Virus record (IMG/VR): IMGVR_UViG_3300021959_000011
Location: 64,001 to 128,000 of that record
DNA: 64,000 bases
Source: a virus
Strand: one strand, 5' to 3'
Made by a program: the position numbers and the translations under genes. Below the pieces are notes generated by a model. That model did no database searches, was not told the DNA's origin, and was given only the letters and a program-made list of their open reading frames with translations. Of this stretch, positions 38,391-48,962 are shown one piece after another. Every line of letters begins with the position of its first letter. Positions within the stretch are counted from its first letter, which is position 1.

Positions 38391-38574
38391 CTTCTTTCTC
38401 CGGCATATGATATTGTACAACACTAGGATTGTTCCATGTGAGTGAGGCCTCTACTGCCTCCTCCTTTGTGTCATATAGTTTTGGACTACTACCTGTCTGC
38501 CATGACACACCATCACATACATAAATCCAATCGCCTGGATCTGGTTCGATCATTACTGCCCATTTCGGCATGTT

Positions 38575-39135
38575 TTATCCTTCTCTTTTCTTTCTAGACT
38601 CCTTGAGTACCTTTGCATATTCCATTTGTTTTTTAGTGCGTCTTGTGCCCTTAACAGGAGTACATTTTTCTTCGAGTAACCTATGATATATTTGCACAAA
38701 AGATTTCCAGTGTTTTTGAGTATCATTATATTGTGCATTATATAATATACCCCAATCTTTGTTTATATCGCAGTGTGATATGACATGTTTACCATGTTTA
38801 GTTTCTATTGTAATTCCATATTTCGCACCACCAGGCATTGTGATTTCATCTTCTATAAGAGAGATATCAAACTTAGGACTTGGGGGTTGTTTTGGATATG
38901 TCTTTACCTTTCTTGTTTTTTTGGGTTTTGCAGTTATCTTTTCTCTTGGATATCCTATTTCCCATGGTTGTAATTTTTCTGGTGGTGGAGTTGCATCCTT
39001 TGACTTGGATGCCTCCATCTCGGCCTTTGTCCTACGTTTCCTTTTAGTTTTTGTAGGTTGTTTCTCTGCAATCCTTGCAGCTTCCATTTCCGCCTTTGTG
39101 CGTCTTTTACGTTTTGGTTTTTCTAAAACCGCCAT
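38575..39135 (-). CDS. basic repeat protein with three RRTK(A/K)(E/Q)ME units
   Basis: KRKRRTKAEMEA twice plus TRRTKKQMEY. Confidence 0.7.
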   Translation of the reverse strand: MAVLEKPKRKRRTKAEMEAARIAEKQPTKTKRKRRTKAEMEASKSKDATPPPEKLQPWEIGYPREKITAKPKKTRKVKTYPKQPPSPKFDISLIEDEITMPGGAKYGITIETKHGKHVISHCDINKDWGILYNAQYNDTQKHWKSFVQIYHRLLEEKCTPVKGTRRTKKQMEYAKVLKESRKKREG

Positions 39136-39329
39136 GTATCAATCCTTATGCCAGACTTTTCCCATTGGTATAACTGTGGTGGTATCAATATAATCACCTT
39201 CACTAAAAGTTCTTGTAACAACAGTTTTTACAACGGTTTCACCATCACGTACTGAATACGTTACAAATTCTTGACGCAAAACATTTTCAGTTTCTGCGTC
39301 AACTGCACCTTTCATTGGGCCATCTTCCA

Positions 39330-39581
39330 TTACCATTCTTTTCTATCCTCTTCCTCGCCATATCCGGCAGAATATTCACTGATTTGTTTTTCTGTCATTT
39401 GATCTTCCCCGATACGAGGCGATTGATATGTATTGCCAACGTAGTAGTGTGGTTCAAATGGTCTATCATAATATGCATCTGCACTACCTCTATCATACGG
39501 GCCACCATGTCTCTCACGATCCATTGTCAGATCTTCATGTAAGATGTATGGTTCTGATTTTGAATTATGTGGTATGCTCAT
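39330..39581 (-). CDS. hypothetical phage protein
   Basis: RHGGPYDRGSADAYY.R...PHYY. Confidence 0.7.
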   Translation of the reverse strand: MSIPHNSKSEPYILHEDLTMDRERHGGPYDRGSADAYYDRPFEPHYYVGNTYQSPRIGEDQMTEKQISEYSAGYGEEEDRKEW

Positions 39582-39589
39582 TGGAATAT

Positions 39590-40138
39590 TTATGCAACCT
39601 CTGAATAAGGTTGCATCGTTTGCATCACCATATCAAACTCTTGGTGATACTTATTAGTTGGCAAATTCATAGTGTGACACGCAAAGGAACCGCCGTATGC
39701 AAGGTCGTATTCATCAAACTGTTGTGCCTCTAGTAACCAGCGAATTGCAGTTTCACGAGTCTTTGCACCCCACGAAATCATTTCTGCAATTGATTTTTCA
39801 AAGTTAGTGACTATCAACAAATCTTCGGCCTCTTGTTCCTGTATTTGTTGCTCAATCATTGCACCATATTCATTACACATGACATTTAACTGTTCGTCAG
39901 ACATGGTAGTGAAGTCAAAACTCCGAGCGTATGATTTAGATGTTGCCTCGGCAATAGTATAATATGCGTCCTCCTCTAGAGTTTCACGCATGTATTGTTC
40001 AAGAGTAGTACACCCCCGATCAATCCAATACTGCTCATCAGTTGGAATCATACCCACCCAACGACCTTCTTCTGCATCCATCCATGCTTGAGATTTTGCA
40101 TTTGCGGAATTGATGTAGTCGATAAGAGCCTGTTCCAT
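39590..40138 (-). CDS. hypothetical early protein
   Basis: SD GGAGG; GAKTRETAIRWL. Confidence 0.65.
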   Translation of the reverse strand: MEQALIDYINSANAKSQAWMDAEEGRWVGMIPTDEQYWIDRGCTTLEQYMRETLEEDAYYTIAEATSKSYARSFDFTTMSDEQLNVMCNEYGAMIEQQIQEQEAEDLLIVTNFEKSIAEMISWGAKTRETAIRWLLEAQQFDEYDLAYGGSFACHTMNLPTNKYHQEFDMVMQTMQPYSEVA

Positions 40139-40158
40139 ATTAAAGTCCTCCAAGTAAA

Positions 40159-40509
40159 TTAAGATCCTGTTACCAAATTCCAAACGCCGTTACCTTGCGT
40201 TTCCAAATCTTCAATAAAGATATGATGATCTTTGTTTCCATCACTATCAACCGAATTTCGTATGACAGCATCACAAGCTTGCCAGATATCCCCCCAAGTC
40301 TCACCAGTACAAACTGCAGAGGCATCATAACCCCACACTTCACATTTGTTCTGAATAGTCATAGGAGTTTTGAAGGGATGTTTGTTACCCATTTTGATGT
40401 TCTCATCATAAATAGACCACCGTGTTTCAAATCCACAACCGGCACCATATGTGTCGAAATAGTCCATTTCTTTCATGAATTCTGCATCAGTCTGTGTCAT
40501 TCGAATCAC
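40159..40509 (-). CDS. hypothetical early protein
   Basis: TW.DIW.ACD..I..S...DHHIFIE; own promoter and leader at 40510-40557. Confidence 0.65.
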   Translation of the reverse strand: MIRMTQTDAEFMKEMDYFDTYGAGCGFETRWSIYDENIKMGNKHPFKTPMTIQNKCEVWGYDASAVCTGETWGDIWQACDAVIRNSVDSDGNKDHHIFIEDLETQGNGVWNLVTGS

Positions 40510-40553
40510 CTCTCTTGATTACCTATACATTATCACATATTAAGAGAACAATG

Positions 40554-40886
40554 TCAAGCACTAATTTTTTCAAACCCACACATTGCAACTTCATACTTGG
40601 TGTTACCAATTAACATTTGATCTCCCATGGATGTAGAACGCAGGCCCCATGACTGTCCACGGTCATCAACTGGTAGGGGTGCCATAACAGTTACGTTCTC
40701 ATTATAGTCACCGTTTTTACCACTAGACAAAAACTCTGATTGGATACTCCAAGAACCCATCACGTTATTTGTCCAACGATATGCATACTCCAGTTGTTCT
40801 TCAACTGACATGGCATCATCAACTTCAACTAATGCAACTGTATTTGGAGCTTGTTCAAAGGCGGTATGTATCACTGCAACTTGCAT
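40554..40886 (-). CDS. hypothetical early protein
   Basis: LEYAY..TNN..GSWS, GLRSTSMGD; own promoter near 40916-40944. Confidence 0.7.
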   Translation of the reverse strand: MQVAVIHTAFEQAPNTVALVEVDDAMSVEEQLEYAYRWTNNVMGSWSIQSEFLSSGKNGDYNENVTVMAPLPVDDRGQSWGLRSTSMGDQMLIGNTKYEVAMCGFEKISA

Positions 40887-40953
40887 ATTTCTCTCTCTTT
40901 CTCAATTTATACTTTACTATAACATATGATTCGTTTAATGTCAAGCATTCATT

Positions 40954-41027
40954 TGGCATCGGTGCAGGGAGTCGAACCCCAGCTTTCAGTTTTGGAGACT
41001 GACGTGCTACCGTAACACTTCACCGAT
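40954..41027 (-). tRNA. tRNA-Trp(CCA)
   Basis: ATCGGTG/CACCGAT acceptor stem, TCAGT-CTCCAAA-ACTGA, GGTTCGACTCC, CCA. Confidence 0.93.
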
Positions 41028-41304
41028 CTATTGCATATTCAACATTCTTTTTGAGATACCATTTCTCTATGACAGGTAAACCAAACTCATCCTCATCAAC
41101 GCATATGTAAGCCACTGTCTTCTTCACATTCGCATATCGATATCCAGAATCATTTATCTGTCCACCACCTACCCAAACCTTATGTGGGAAATCTTCATTG
41201 ATATTGTTAATTGGATCATCATTCAGAGAATACTCAAAATAATTACCAACTTCTTTTTCAGTGAAGCAACCTATCGGGGATTTGGTATATGTGTAGTATC
41301 CCAT
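41020..41304 (-). CDS. hypothetical protein
   Basis: VKKTVAYI.VDEDE.G.PV.EKW; stop codon lies inside the tRNA-Trp 5' end. Confidence 0.65.
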   Translation of the reverse strand: MGYYTYTKSPIGCFTEKEVGNYFEYSLNDDPINNINEDFPHKVWVGGGQINDSGYRYANVKKTVAYICVDEDEFGLPVIEKWYLKKNVEYAIDR

Positions 41305-41645
41305 TTTATTGAATTATCTCCATTCCAGTAAAACCTTCTTGCGACCAACCACGATCTTCTGCGTGGGCATTAATGATAAAATTATAATCCGAACTTGGCC
41401 ACAATCCTGTTTTTAAAGCATATGATTTCATGTCAGACTGCACCATAATAGATTGGGAGCCCTGTGCGGATTCTGCATTAATCCGATTATTTTCGTCTTC
41501 ACAAAATAACACATCATTCATGTTCATTTGTACTGATTCCTTTCTTATTACACCACTATTATATGGGGTTTCGTAGAGATTGTCAAGCATTAATTTAAGT
41601 TTTATAAATAGTTGTTCGATCTAATTGTTTTTGAAAGGAAATACC

Positions 41646-42005
41646 ATGTATAAAATTCTTATACTTGTTACGATTATATTGTTTCCAACTTTAAGTTTTG
41701 CACAACAAAAAAATAAACCAGATTTTAATTTACCAACCCTTATTCAGTGTGGACAAAGTTCTGCAGTGTGGGATATGTTACAAAATAAGTATCAAGAAGA
41801 ACCTTTTGCGCTTGGTGTTGGTACTTTAATTCGAAATGATGGCCTCCCAGTATCTGGAGATCTGGTAATGTGGACAAACAAAGACAAAAAATCTTTTACT
41901 GTATCAGTTACCTTCCCAGAGGTGGGTGTTACATGCATGATCGTTAATGGTAGAGAATTTCAATTACTAGATGGTTTCGAAACAAAATCTGGACTAAGAC
42001 TGTAA
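41646..42005 (+). CDS. exported hypothetical protein
   Basis: Signal peptide; late promoter TATAAATA at 41603-41610; SD AAAGGA. Confidence 0.7.
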   Translation: MYKILILVTIILFPTLSFAQQKNKPDFNLPTLIQCGQSSAVWDMLQNKYQEEPFALGVGTLIRNDGLPVSGDLVMWTNKDKKSFTVSVTFPEVGVTCMIVNGREFQLLDGFETKSGLRL

Positions 42006-42182
42006 AGTTCTCTCAAGTAGAGATATCTCATCTTTAATTTTCAGTTTTTGTTGTTTCAATCCCTTTACCAATGATTGATGCCTCTCGCCGCGATTTAGAT
42101 TATCATCTATATTTAAGATTGTATCATCTATTTCGCGGTGTCTCTTGGTCAACCATTCAATTCTTTTTTGCGTATCATTCAT
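41994..42182 (-). CDS. DUF465/YdcH-like coiled-coil protein
   Basis: RIEWL..RH.EIDD.I...LK..KL.IKDEI. Confidence 0.75.
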   Translation of the reverse strand: MNDTQKRIEWLTKRHREIDDTILNIDDNLNRGERHQSLVKGLKQQKLKIKDEISLLERTLQS

Positions 42183-42458
42183 TATAATATTCCATATCTG
42201 TTATAATCTCATCACCTTCTCTATCATATGCAATTTCAAGGGCCATTGATTGTACTTGATCTAGCATATGTTGACATGCACCTTTATCATAACTATCTTC
42301 TGCGAGATTGCTATATTTGTTCCTTTCGCGGTGTAGTAAAACTGCGATATCTTTCATTGTATTCAATTTTTTTATCAGTTGTTCTACTGAATGTTGCATA
42401 TAAACCTCCATTGCTACTAATATATATTGTTTTTGGTGAAATGTCAATAGAAAATAAA

Positions 42459-42466
42459 TATAAATA
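42459..42466 (+). promoter_or_regulatory. T4-type late promoter for the plus-strand structural island
   Basis: Exact TATAAATA 31 nt before the 42498 ATG; a second copy lies at 48927-48934. Confidence 0.8.
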
Positions 42467-42497
42467 AAAGAGAAAATGGTTTGGAGATAGATAAAAA

Positions 42498-44819
42498 ATG
42501 GCCGATTCACTACTCACTTCTTCAATAACCGCATTACGTACTAAGATTATCAATGACATTGCTTCGGCAAGTGTAAAAGAATTGGTTCATCTTGCACGTT
42601 CTGCGAAGGCACTAGGACTTACAGAAGATACATCTGTGGAGTCTGCGATTAATACGAGGGCAAACGCTCTCACATCTGGTGCCACAGTTGAAGAAATTAA
42701 AGATCTAGCACAGGCAGTAAAACAAGTAAAAAATGACGTTGCTGGTAGTACTATTTCTAGTGCGGATGATATTATTGATGGCGTTAATAATAAATTTTTA
42801 TCAACCGCAAATTTAAATACAGAATTACAATCACTAACTACGAATATTAAACCAGATGCAGATGTAACAAGAAATCTTGGAGAAGCACTATATAAGTTTA
42901 ATACAGTATATGCAGGGAAGGTAACAGGATTACTTGCACCTCTAGATGCAAATGATGCCGCAACTAAATCTTATGTAGATTCTAACGTATCAAGTTTCAA
43001 TCCCGCTTCGGTATCACAAAGTATTATTCCAGACACAAATGAAACTTATGATTTGGGTACATCCTCACTAAGATTTAGAGATGCATATTTAAGTGGAAAC
43101 ACTATTCATCTTGGTAATGCACAAATTACATCAGATACAAATGGTTTAGTTTCTTTACCAGCTGGATCTAAAGTTGGTACTGACCCTGTACCTACACAGA
43201 TTAATGATTTAACCAATGTTGATACTGATGTTGCACCAGAAACATTGGAAATACAAGTCGATGCACCAGAAGCTGGTCACGAATCACCGTGGATATGGAC
43301 ATGGTTGCAATCATCACTACCGTATGCACGTACTCCGATCACAAATTCACCACAAAATGTTGTGCCATTGTATATGCAAGGTTCTTATCAAATTAACAAC
43401 TTTGCACATACACTTCATGATAATATGACACAAACACACGCATTCAAACTGAAGTGGATTGAAGGTGCTGGTGATGATAATCTTGTAAGTTGGTCAACAA
43501 GTCAGATAGTAAGTGATTCACATCCAGATATCAATAGTGGCACAACACAAGATGTACAAAGATTGACAGTAAACGTACCATCTACTATCACTCCACCAAC
43601 TTTAACTGCACCATCAGTTACATATACAGTCGGACATACAACAGGAGCCTACGTTTTCACTGGAACTCAAATGGGTCAAAATCCTGAAATCGGACCATTC
43701 TTTCGTGGCGGCACTTATACAGTAAATATCAATGCAACCGGCCATCCATTTTACTTTACAACTGACAATGGAACTAATTATTCATCTGGCACATATTTTG
43801 GAGAATGGACTTCAGGTGTAACTGGTTCTCGCACAGAAAGTGGTACTATTACATTTACTGTACCATCAAATGCACCAGATACATTGTTTTATCAATGTGG
43901 TATTCATAGTGCAATGCGTGGTACTATCAGGGTACGTGATCTTGCGGTAGAAACTAATGAAAACGGTAATTACATCATTTATGGACAACACTCACAAGAA
44001 GGACATGAACAAAAGATTGAATTGCGTCCTATTCCTACACTCACATCTCAAATGTGTCTTGTTTATGATGCAAATACATCAAAGTTTGTACCACAAGATT
44101 TAGCGACTTACGTAGAGAACACACCAGCATTCAAAAACAAAATTAAAGAGGTTGCTGGTACTGCAACATTGGTTGCACCAGATGGTACATCTCTAGTTGC
44201 AAGTGTTGAGATTTATAGTGATGCAACATATCTACCAGCCGTTGGCAACACTATAGGAGATATTGCATTTGTAGAAGATACTCAGAAACTATACATTTAT
44301 AAAAATGCAACAGATTCATGGGTAGAAACAATTTCCCAATCAGACCTTACGGGCCTTGCAACGGAAAGTTATGTAAATTCTCAGGTTTCATCAAATACAT
44401 TCTCTGGAAACTATAATGATTTGTCAAATCAACCATCAATTCCATCTATATCAGGACTTGCAACAGAAAGTTATGTAAATTCTCAGGTTAGTAATGCGTC
44501 AATAACACAAACTGTTAATATGGCACAAAATGGTACACTCGCACTAACTACAGGTGTGACAAGATGGTATGCCCCAGATGATTTAACAATATCTAAGATT
44601 AAAGCTAGAATAACTACTGCTGGAAATGATGTGTTAAGAGTCGATATCAAGAAGAATGACGTAAGTTCAAAAATTATAAATATAAGCGCAGGAAGTTTAG
44701 AACAAACAGAAACATCTGGATTTTCAATGAATGAGGGTGATTATCTTACAATTGACATCACAAATGTGGGTTCAACGCCGGGCGAAAATTTAAATGTTCA
44801 AATATTTTATACAACATAA
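42498..44819 (+). CDS. virion fibre protein A1 with cupredoxin-like domain
   Basis: IIPD..ETYDLG.S.LRFRD.YLS repeats, GHPFYF...TVP..APDTLFYQCGIHSAM, GLATESYV repeats, C-terminal RWYAP...GDYLTIDI domain. Confidence 0.8.
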   Translation: MADSLLTSSITALRTKIINDIASASVKELVHLARSAKALGLTEDTSVESAINTRANALTSGATVEEIKDLAQAVKQVKNDVAGSTISSADDIIDGVNNKFLSTANLNTELQSLTTNIKPDADVTRNLGEALYKFNTVYAGKVTGLLAPLDANDAATKSYVDSNVSSFNPASVSQSIIPDTNETYDLGTSSLRFRDAYLSGNTIHLGNAQITSDTNGLVSLPAGSKVGTDPVPTQINDLTNVDTDVAPETLEIQVDAPEAGHESPWIWTWLQSSLPYARTPITNSPQNVVPLYMQGSYQINNFAHTLHDNMTQTHAFKLKWIEGAGDDNLVSWSTSQIVSDSHPDINSGTTQDVQRLTVNVPSTITPPTLTAPSVTYTVGHTTGAYVFTGTQMGQNPEIGPFFRGGTYTVNINATGHPFYFTTDNGTNYSSGTYFGEWTSGVTGSRTESGTITFTVPSNAPDTLFYQCGIHSAMRGTIRVRDLAVETNENGNYIIYGQHSQEGHEQKIELRPIPTLTSQMCLVYDANTSKFVPQDLATYVENTPAFKNKIKEVAGTATLVAPDGTSLVASVEIYSDATYLPAVGNTIGDIAFVEDTQKLYIYKNATDSWVETISQSDLTGLATESYVNSQVSSNTFSGNYNDLSNQPSIPSISGLATESYVNSQVSNASITQTVNMAQNGTLALTTGVTRWYAPDDLTISKIKARITTAGNDVLRVDIKKNDVSSKIINISAGSLEQTETSGFSMNEGDYLTIDITNVGSTPGENLNVQIFYTT

Positions 44820-44831
44820 TAGGAGTTAAAA

Positions 44832-45122
44832 ATGCCAATAACAGATACAGCGACTATCGAAGAATATATGGGAAAGTATGCGATTCAGTCACTAAATAAT
44901 ACAATAGACGATGATGGACAACTTGTTGTCGAAACACCACTTGCAACACCAGATTCGATTTCAGTGTTTACAACTGATAGTGCAACAGAAGATCAAAAAC
45001 AATTGTCATACTTAGTTGAAGATCAATCATCGATTGCATATGGTTCTGGGAATGAAATCTTATTCTTAGGAACTGTTGCATTAAAAGACGAAGATAACGT
45101 ATGGACAGAGGTAACGGAGTAA
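44832..45122 (+). CDS. small acidic protein B1 (fibre chaperone/adaptor?)
   Basis: SD AGGAG; acidic; follows A1. Confidence 0.65.
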   Translation: MPITDTATIEEYMGKYAIQSLNNTIDDDGQLVVETPLATPDSISVFTTDSATEDQKQLSYLVEDQSSIAYGSGNEILFLGTVALKDEDNVWTEVTE

Positions 45123-45126
45123 AAAA

Positions 45127-46254
45127 ATGTATATACACTTAGAATTTAAACCAACAGGATCGACAAGTACATCCCAAGCTGAACAAATTTGGTCAGCGGT
45201 ATGGAATACAATCAAAGACACTCCAACAATTACTACGATTGCACAGTTTGGTGCCGCAGTAAGTAGTGGAAATCTTATCGATACTGCATCATCATATATT
45301 GTTGGTACAAAACCATCAAATGGAATTTATACTTCTGCTCAGAATTATACTTCGGGTAGGTGGGAGTTTACCAAAAAACACTACGATCATGCAAATAAAA
45401 CCAGTACAAACACCCAAACAATGAAAATTACTCTGGGGTGGAGTTCATCAATTGGGTTTGCGATGGGAGTTAACGACAAGTACAGAGCAAACCCATCTTC
45501 AGAAAGCGATTACATGACGATGGCCTCAAGTAGTATTGAGATAGGTGATAGTAACATGTACAATTGTCGTTCAATAGATCTTAACATCACTGATTGTAGT
45601 TTCACATTTGCAGCACATGGCGATCCAAACAATCAACAATTCCAACAACCTATTGCGTTTAAACATTGGGGGGATTATCCAACTGTATCAGATTATGATG
45701 ATTATCATGTTGACGTAAATGATAGATATTATGCTGGTTGTATGCTCTCTGCCGGTTCATATGGTATTGTATCAAATGGTAACACTTCGATTACTGCGGC
45801 ATATAGTTTATATAGATTCCAGATGTTTGATGAGACACAACAATATAGAAATACTACCCAGACCAATGGTGGTTATCATGTGGGATGGTCTTCTAGTAAC
45901 TACACTAGTCAATATCAAAATTATTTATTCATGACTCCAATGGGCAGAAAATCGGTAAGAGAAACCCCAACTAATGCTGGTTTTGCATCTCTATTACATC
46001 CATGTTATGTTACACCAACATTTCAAGATTGGAACTACCAATCGCCACAACAAAATGACACTCGATATGGTCAGATGTTAGGGATTTATAGAATTGCCGA
46101 CAACATGGGTACTGCGAACCAAGGCAACAGATTGCAAGTTGGTAGTGATTATTATAGAATTATCAAAGGCGGCATGTCAGGAAGTCAACCGGCGGATCAT
46201 GGATATCGCGTATGTTGTTACGCAGTACCAGAATCTAATATCACTGGTCCATAA
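45127..46254 (+). CDS. S/T/N/G/Y-rich structural protein C1
   Basis: Beta-rich composition; member of the late operon. Confidence 0.65.
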   Translation: MYIHLEFKPTGSTSTSQAEQIWSAVWNTIKDTPTITTIAQFGAAVSSGNLIDTASSYIVGTKPSNGIYTSAQNYTSGRWEFTKKHYDHANKTSTNTQTMKITLGWSSSIGFAMGVNDKYRANPSSESDYMTMASSSIEIGDSNMYNCRSIDLNITDCSFTFAAHGDPNNQQFQQPIAFKHWGDYPTVSDYDDYHVDVNDRYYAGCMLSAGSYGIVSNGNTSITAAYSLYRFQMFDETQQYRNTTQTNGGYHVGWSSSNYTSQYQNYLFMTPMGRKSVRETPTNAGFASLLHPCYVTPTFQDWNYQSPQQNDTRYGQMLGIYRIADNMGTANQGNRLQVGSDYYRIIKGGMSGSQPADHGYRVCCYAVPESNITGP

Positions 46255-46257
46255 TAA

Positions 46258-46968
46258 ATGACCGTAGGGCACAGTAACACAAATAATCTCAGCTCACCCA
46301 GTAATATGGGTCAAGCTGAGATTCTTTTGGCGTCAGGTGGAGTTTCTTCTATATTGAGTCCATCTGATGTGACACAATATGATATTAATTTAGCGCCGGG
46401 TGGCGTTTCTTCTATATCTAGTGTTGCTGGTGCAGCTACAATTGTAGGAGAAGATGGAAACAAAGTTGAATATTTGGGAACCCCCCCTTCAGTAACACTC
46501 GAACATGCTGGAATGAGTGAACCATATGTATTTTTGTTTTATGGTACAGCACCAGCAAACCTTGTACCTACTGGAATAACTGAAGATATTCCAAGACTTT
46601 TTGTTGATGGTTCAAACTTACTCAAATCTGGTGGTAAATGGGATTTAAGTAGAACTTACTCTGGTGGTGCAACAGATGATATTGCTGGTTCTGAGACAGG
46701 ACTCGAACCAGATCTCGACAGTCCTATTACTGCAATGGGCAATGTACAAAATCTGCAAACGCCACTTATAGCAGAACAATTTTCTATAACTATTCCCGCC
46801 ACCAATTTGGGATTGAACATTATTAGTCCTAATGTTGGAAAGTGGGTAGGACAAGATGGACTACCACTATTATTTACTGGTGTTAGTGATGATAGAGCAA
46901 TCGCAGAACACATCAGAGAAGATGATGATGAAGAAGAAGTAGTCTCTACAACGCAAATTTGGTTCTAA
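46258..46968 (+). CDS. structural protein D1
   Basis: Ends in an acidic linker plus TTQIWF. Confidence 0.6.
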   Translation: MTVGHSNTNNLSSPSNMGQAEILLASGGVSSILSPSDVTQYDINLAPGGVSSISSVAGAATIVGEDGNKVEYLGTPPSVTLEHAGMSEPYVFLFYGTAPANLVPTGITEDIPRLFVDGSNLLKSGGKWDLSRTYSGGATDDIAGSETGLEPDLDSPITAMGNVQNLQTPLIAEQFSITIPATNLGLNIISPNVGKWVGQDGLPLLFTGVSDDRAIAEHIREDDDEEEVVSTTQIWF

Positions 46969-46980
46969 AAGGATAAAATA

Positions 46981-48924
46981 ATGGCAGATGCAAATCTAAA
47001 CACATCTATATCAGCTCTTACGGCAGAAATTCTTAGTAATATACCTAGTGCTGGTGTCGAAGAGTTGCTCGCACTTTCGCGTTCTGCCGCTGCATTAGGA
47101 CAAAAAGAAAATTCTAGTATTGAGACTGCACTAAATTCAAGGGTTAATCAACTATACTCATCTGCAACTCCAGAACAAATTAAAAAACTAGCTGATGCAG
47201 TAAACAAACTTAGAAATCCAACTAGTGTTGAACAACAAGTTGGTAATTCTGACAATTTACCAGAAGGAACGACAAATCTTTACTACACAGACACAAAGGT
47301 ACAGACTAAACTTGGTAGTGTATCAGGACACATCTTACCCGATTCTAATGAGACATATGATTTAGGTAGTGCAACCAATAAGTTTAGAGATTTATATTTA
47401 AGTTCAAATACAATTCATTTGGGCGATACTACAATTTCTTCTGATGCATCTGGGATTGTAGTTGATGCATTAAAAGTTGGTACAAATCAAATTGATCTTG
47501 ATAGTGAAGGAAATTTGAGATTGCCGTCTGGTACAGTACCAAATGATGTTCACGACTTAGATAATGTCACATTAGACATACCACCAGAAACTTTAACTAT
47601 TGCAGTAGATGCAAATATGGCCGGCGGCGGCGCCGGAATGGATTGGTTGTGGAGTTGGGATGCAGGGTCTTTACCATATGCCAGAACAACTATTCGAAAT
47701 CAAACACAATCAAATGTGCCAATTTATAACCAAGGTACGTATACCGTGTTTAATTTCGCGGCACATGATTTAACCGATACTTCATTAACTCAAACTCACA
47801 AGATTTATCTAAAGTGGGTTGATGGGCCTGGTACTGACAACCTAGTTTCGTGGGCAACATCTACATTGAATGTACAAGATATTACATTTGATAGTGTTAG
47901 GGGTGGTTCCGAAACAGAAGTGCAGAGAATAAATATTTCTGTACCATCAACCATAACACCACCAACTTTAACGAATCCATCAGTTTCATACGATGTTTCT
48001 TTTGTTAATACTGGTAATTATACTTTTGGTGGTAATGCATTTGGTGATAATCCAACACTGACTCCATTATATCGTGGAGGCACCTATACATTTAATGTTG
48101 ATGCATCAGGGCATCCATTCTATTTGACAACTGATAATGGTGCAAACTTTATTAGTGGTTCATATGTAGACGAATATACTAGTGGAGTCACTGGTTCTCG
48201 TACAGATGTTGGTACTGTTACATTTACTGTGCCCATGGATGCACCAGATACACTATTTTATCAGTGTGGAATTCATGGTGCAATGCAAGGCGAGATTGCA
48301 ATCAAAGATCTTGCTGTGGAAACTAATGTTGATGGTAATTATATTTTATATTTTCAACATGATCAACAGGGCCATAAAACACCAGTAGAAATAAAACCAG
48401 TACCTACTATTGTAGGACAGGTATGTTTAGTATATAACTCGACTACACAAAAATTTGAACCGCAAGATTTGGGCGTGTATTTAGAACAAACAAATGTTTT
48501 TAAAGAAAAAGTTAAAGATGTCGCAGAAGAAAGAATTGTTGAAAAGGTAACAGATGATACTATTACTAATCTAACCAAAGTAAAAGATCAAACTACATTT
48601 GTGACAAATTTATATCAACAAGGCGAATTGCAAGTACATACTGGTACTGCAAGATGGTATGCACCATATGATTTAACTATATCAGACACTATACCAAAGT
48701 TGAATGTCTCGGCAGATGCAACTGTATCAATTCAAATAAATAAGAATGATGTTTCACAATCTTCAATAGATATCTTGGGTGGACAAACAACTGCATCACC
48801 TACGGGCACAAACAAAACATGGAATATGAATGCTGGGGATTACTTGACAGTAGACATCCTAACTATAGGTACTACAAATAAAGGCGAAGATTTAGTTATC
48901 CAGTTCAAATATAAACAAACATAA
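46981..48924 (+). CDS. virion fibre protein A2, paralogue of A1
   Basis: Same N-terminus, LPYART, YRGGTYTF.V.ASGHPFYL, APDTLFYQCGIHGAM, RWYAP...GDYLTVDI. Confidence 0.8.
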   Translation: MADANLNTSISALTAEILSNIPSAGVEELLALSRSAAALGQKENSSIETALNSRVNQLYSSATPEQIKKLADAVNKLRNPTSVEQQVGNSDNLPEGTTNLYYTDTKVQTKLGSVSGHILPDSNETYDLGSATNKFRDLYLSSNTIHLGDTTISSDASGIVVDALKVGTNQIDLDSEGNLRLPSGTVPNDVHDLDNVTLDIPPETLTIAVDANMAGGGAGMDWLWSWDAGSLPYARTTIRNQTQSNVPIYNQGTYTVFNFAAHDLTDTSLTQTHKIYLKWVDGPGTDNLVSWATSTLNVQDITFDSVRGGSETEVQRINISVPSTITPPTLTNPSVSYDVSFVNTGNYTFGGNAFGDNPTLTPLYRGGTYTFNVDASGHPFYLTTDNGANFISGSYVDEYTSGVTGSRTDVGTVTFTVPMDAPDTLFYQCGIHGAMQGEIAIKDLAVETNVDGNYILYFQHDQQGHKTPVEIKPVPTIVGQVCLVYNSTTQKFEPQDLGVYLEQTNVFKEKVKDVAEERIVEKVTDDTITNLTKVKDQTTFVTNLYQQGELQVHTGTARWYAPYDLTISDTIPKLNVSADATVSIQINKNDVSQSSIDILGGQTTASPTGTNKTWNMNAGDYLTVDILTIGTTNKGEDLVIQFKYKQT

Positions 48925-48962
48925 ATTATAAATATAAGTATAAAATTTAAGGAGCATTTAAA

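Noticed and set aside
40954-41027. Suppressor tRNA or alternative genetic code
   Set aside because: The anticodon is standard CCA, and core genes translate intact with all three stops in use.
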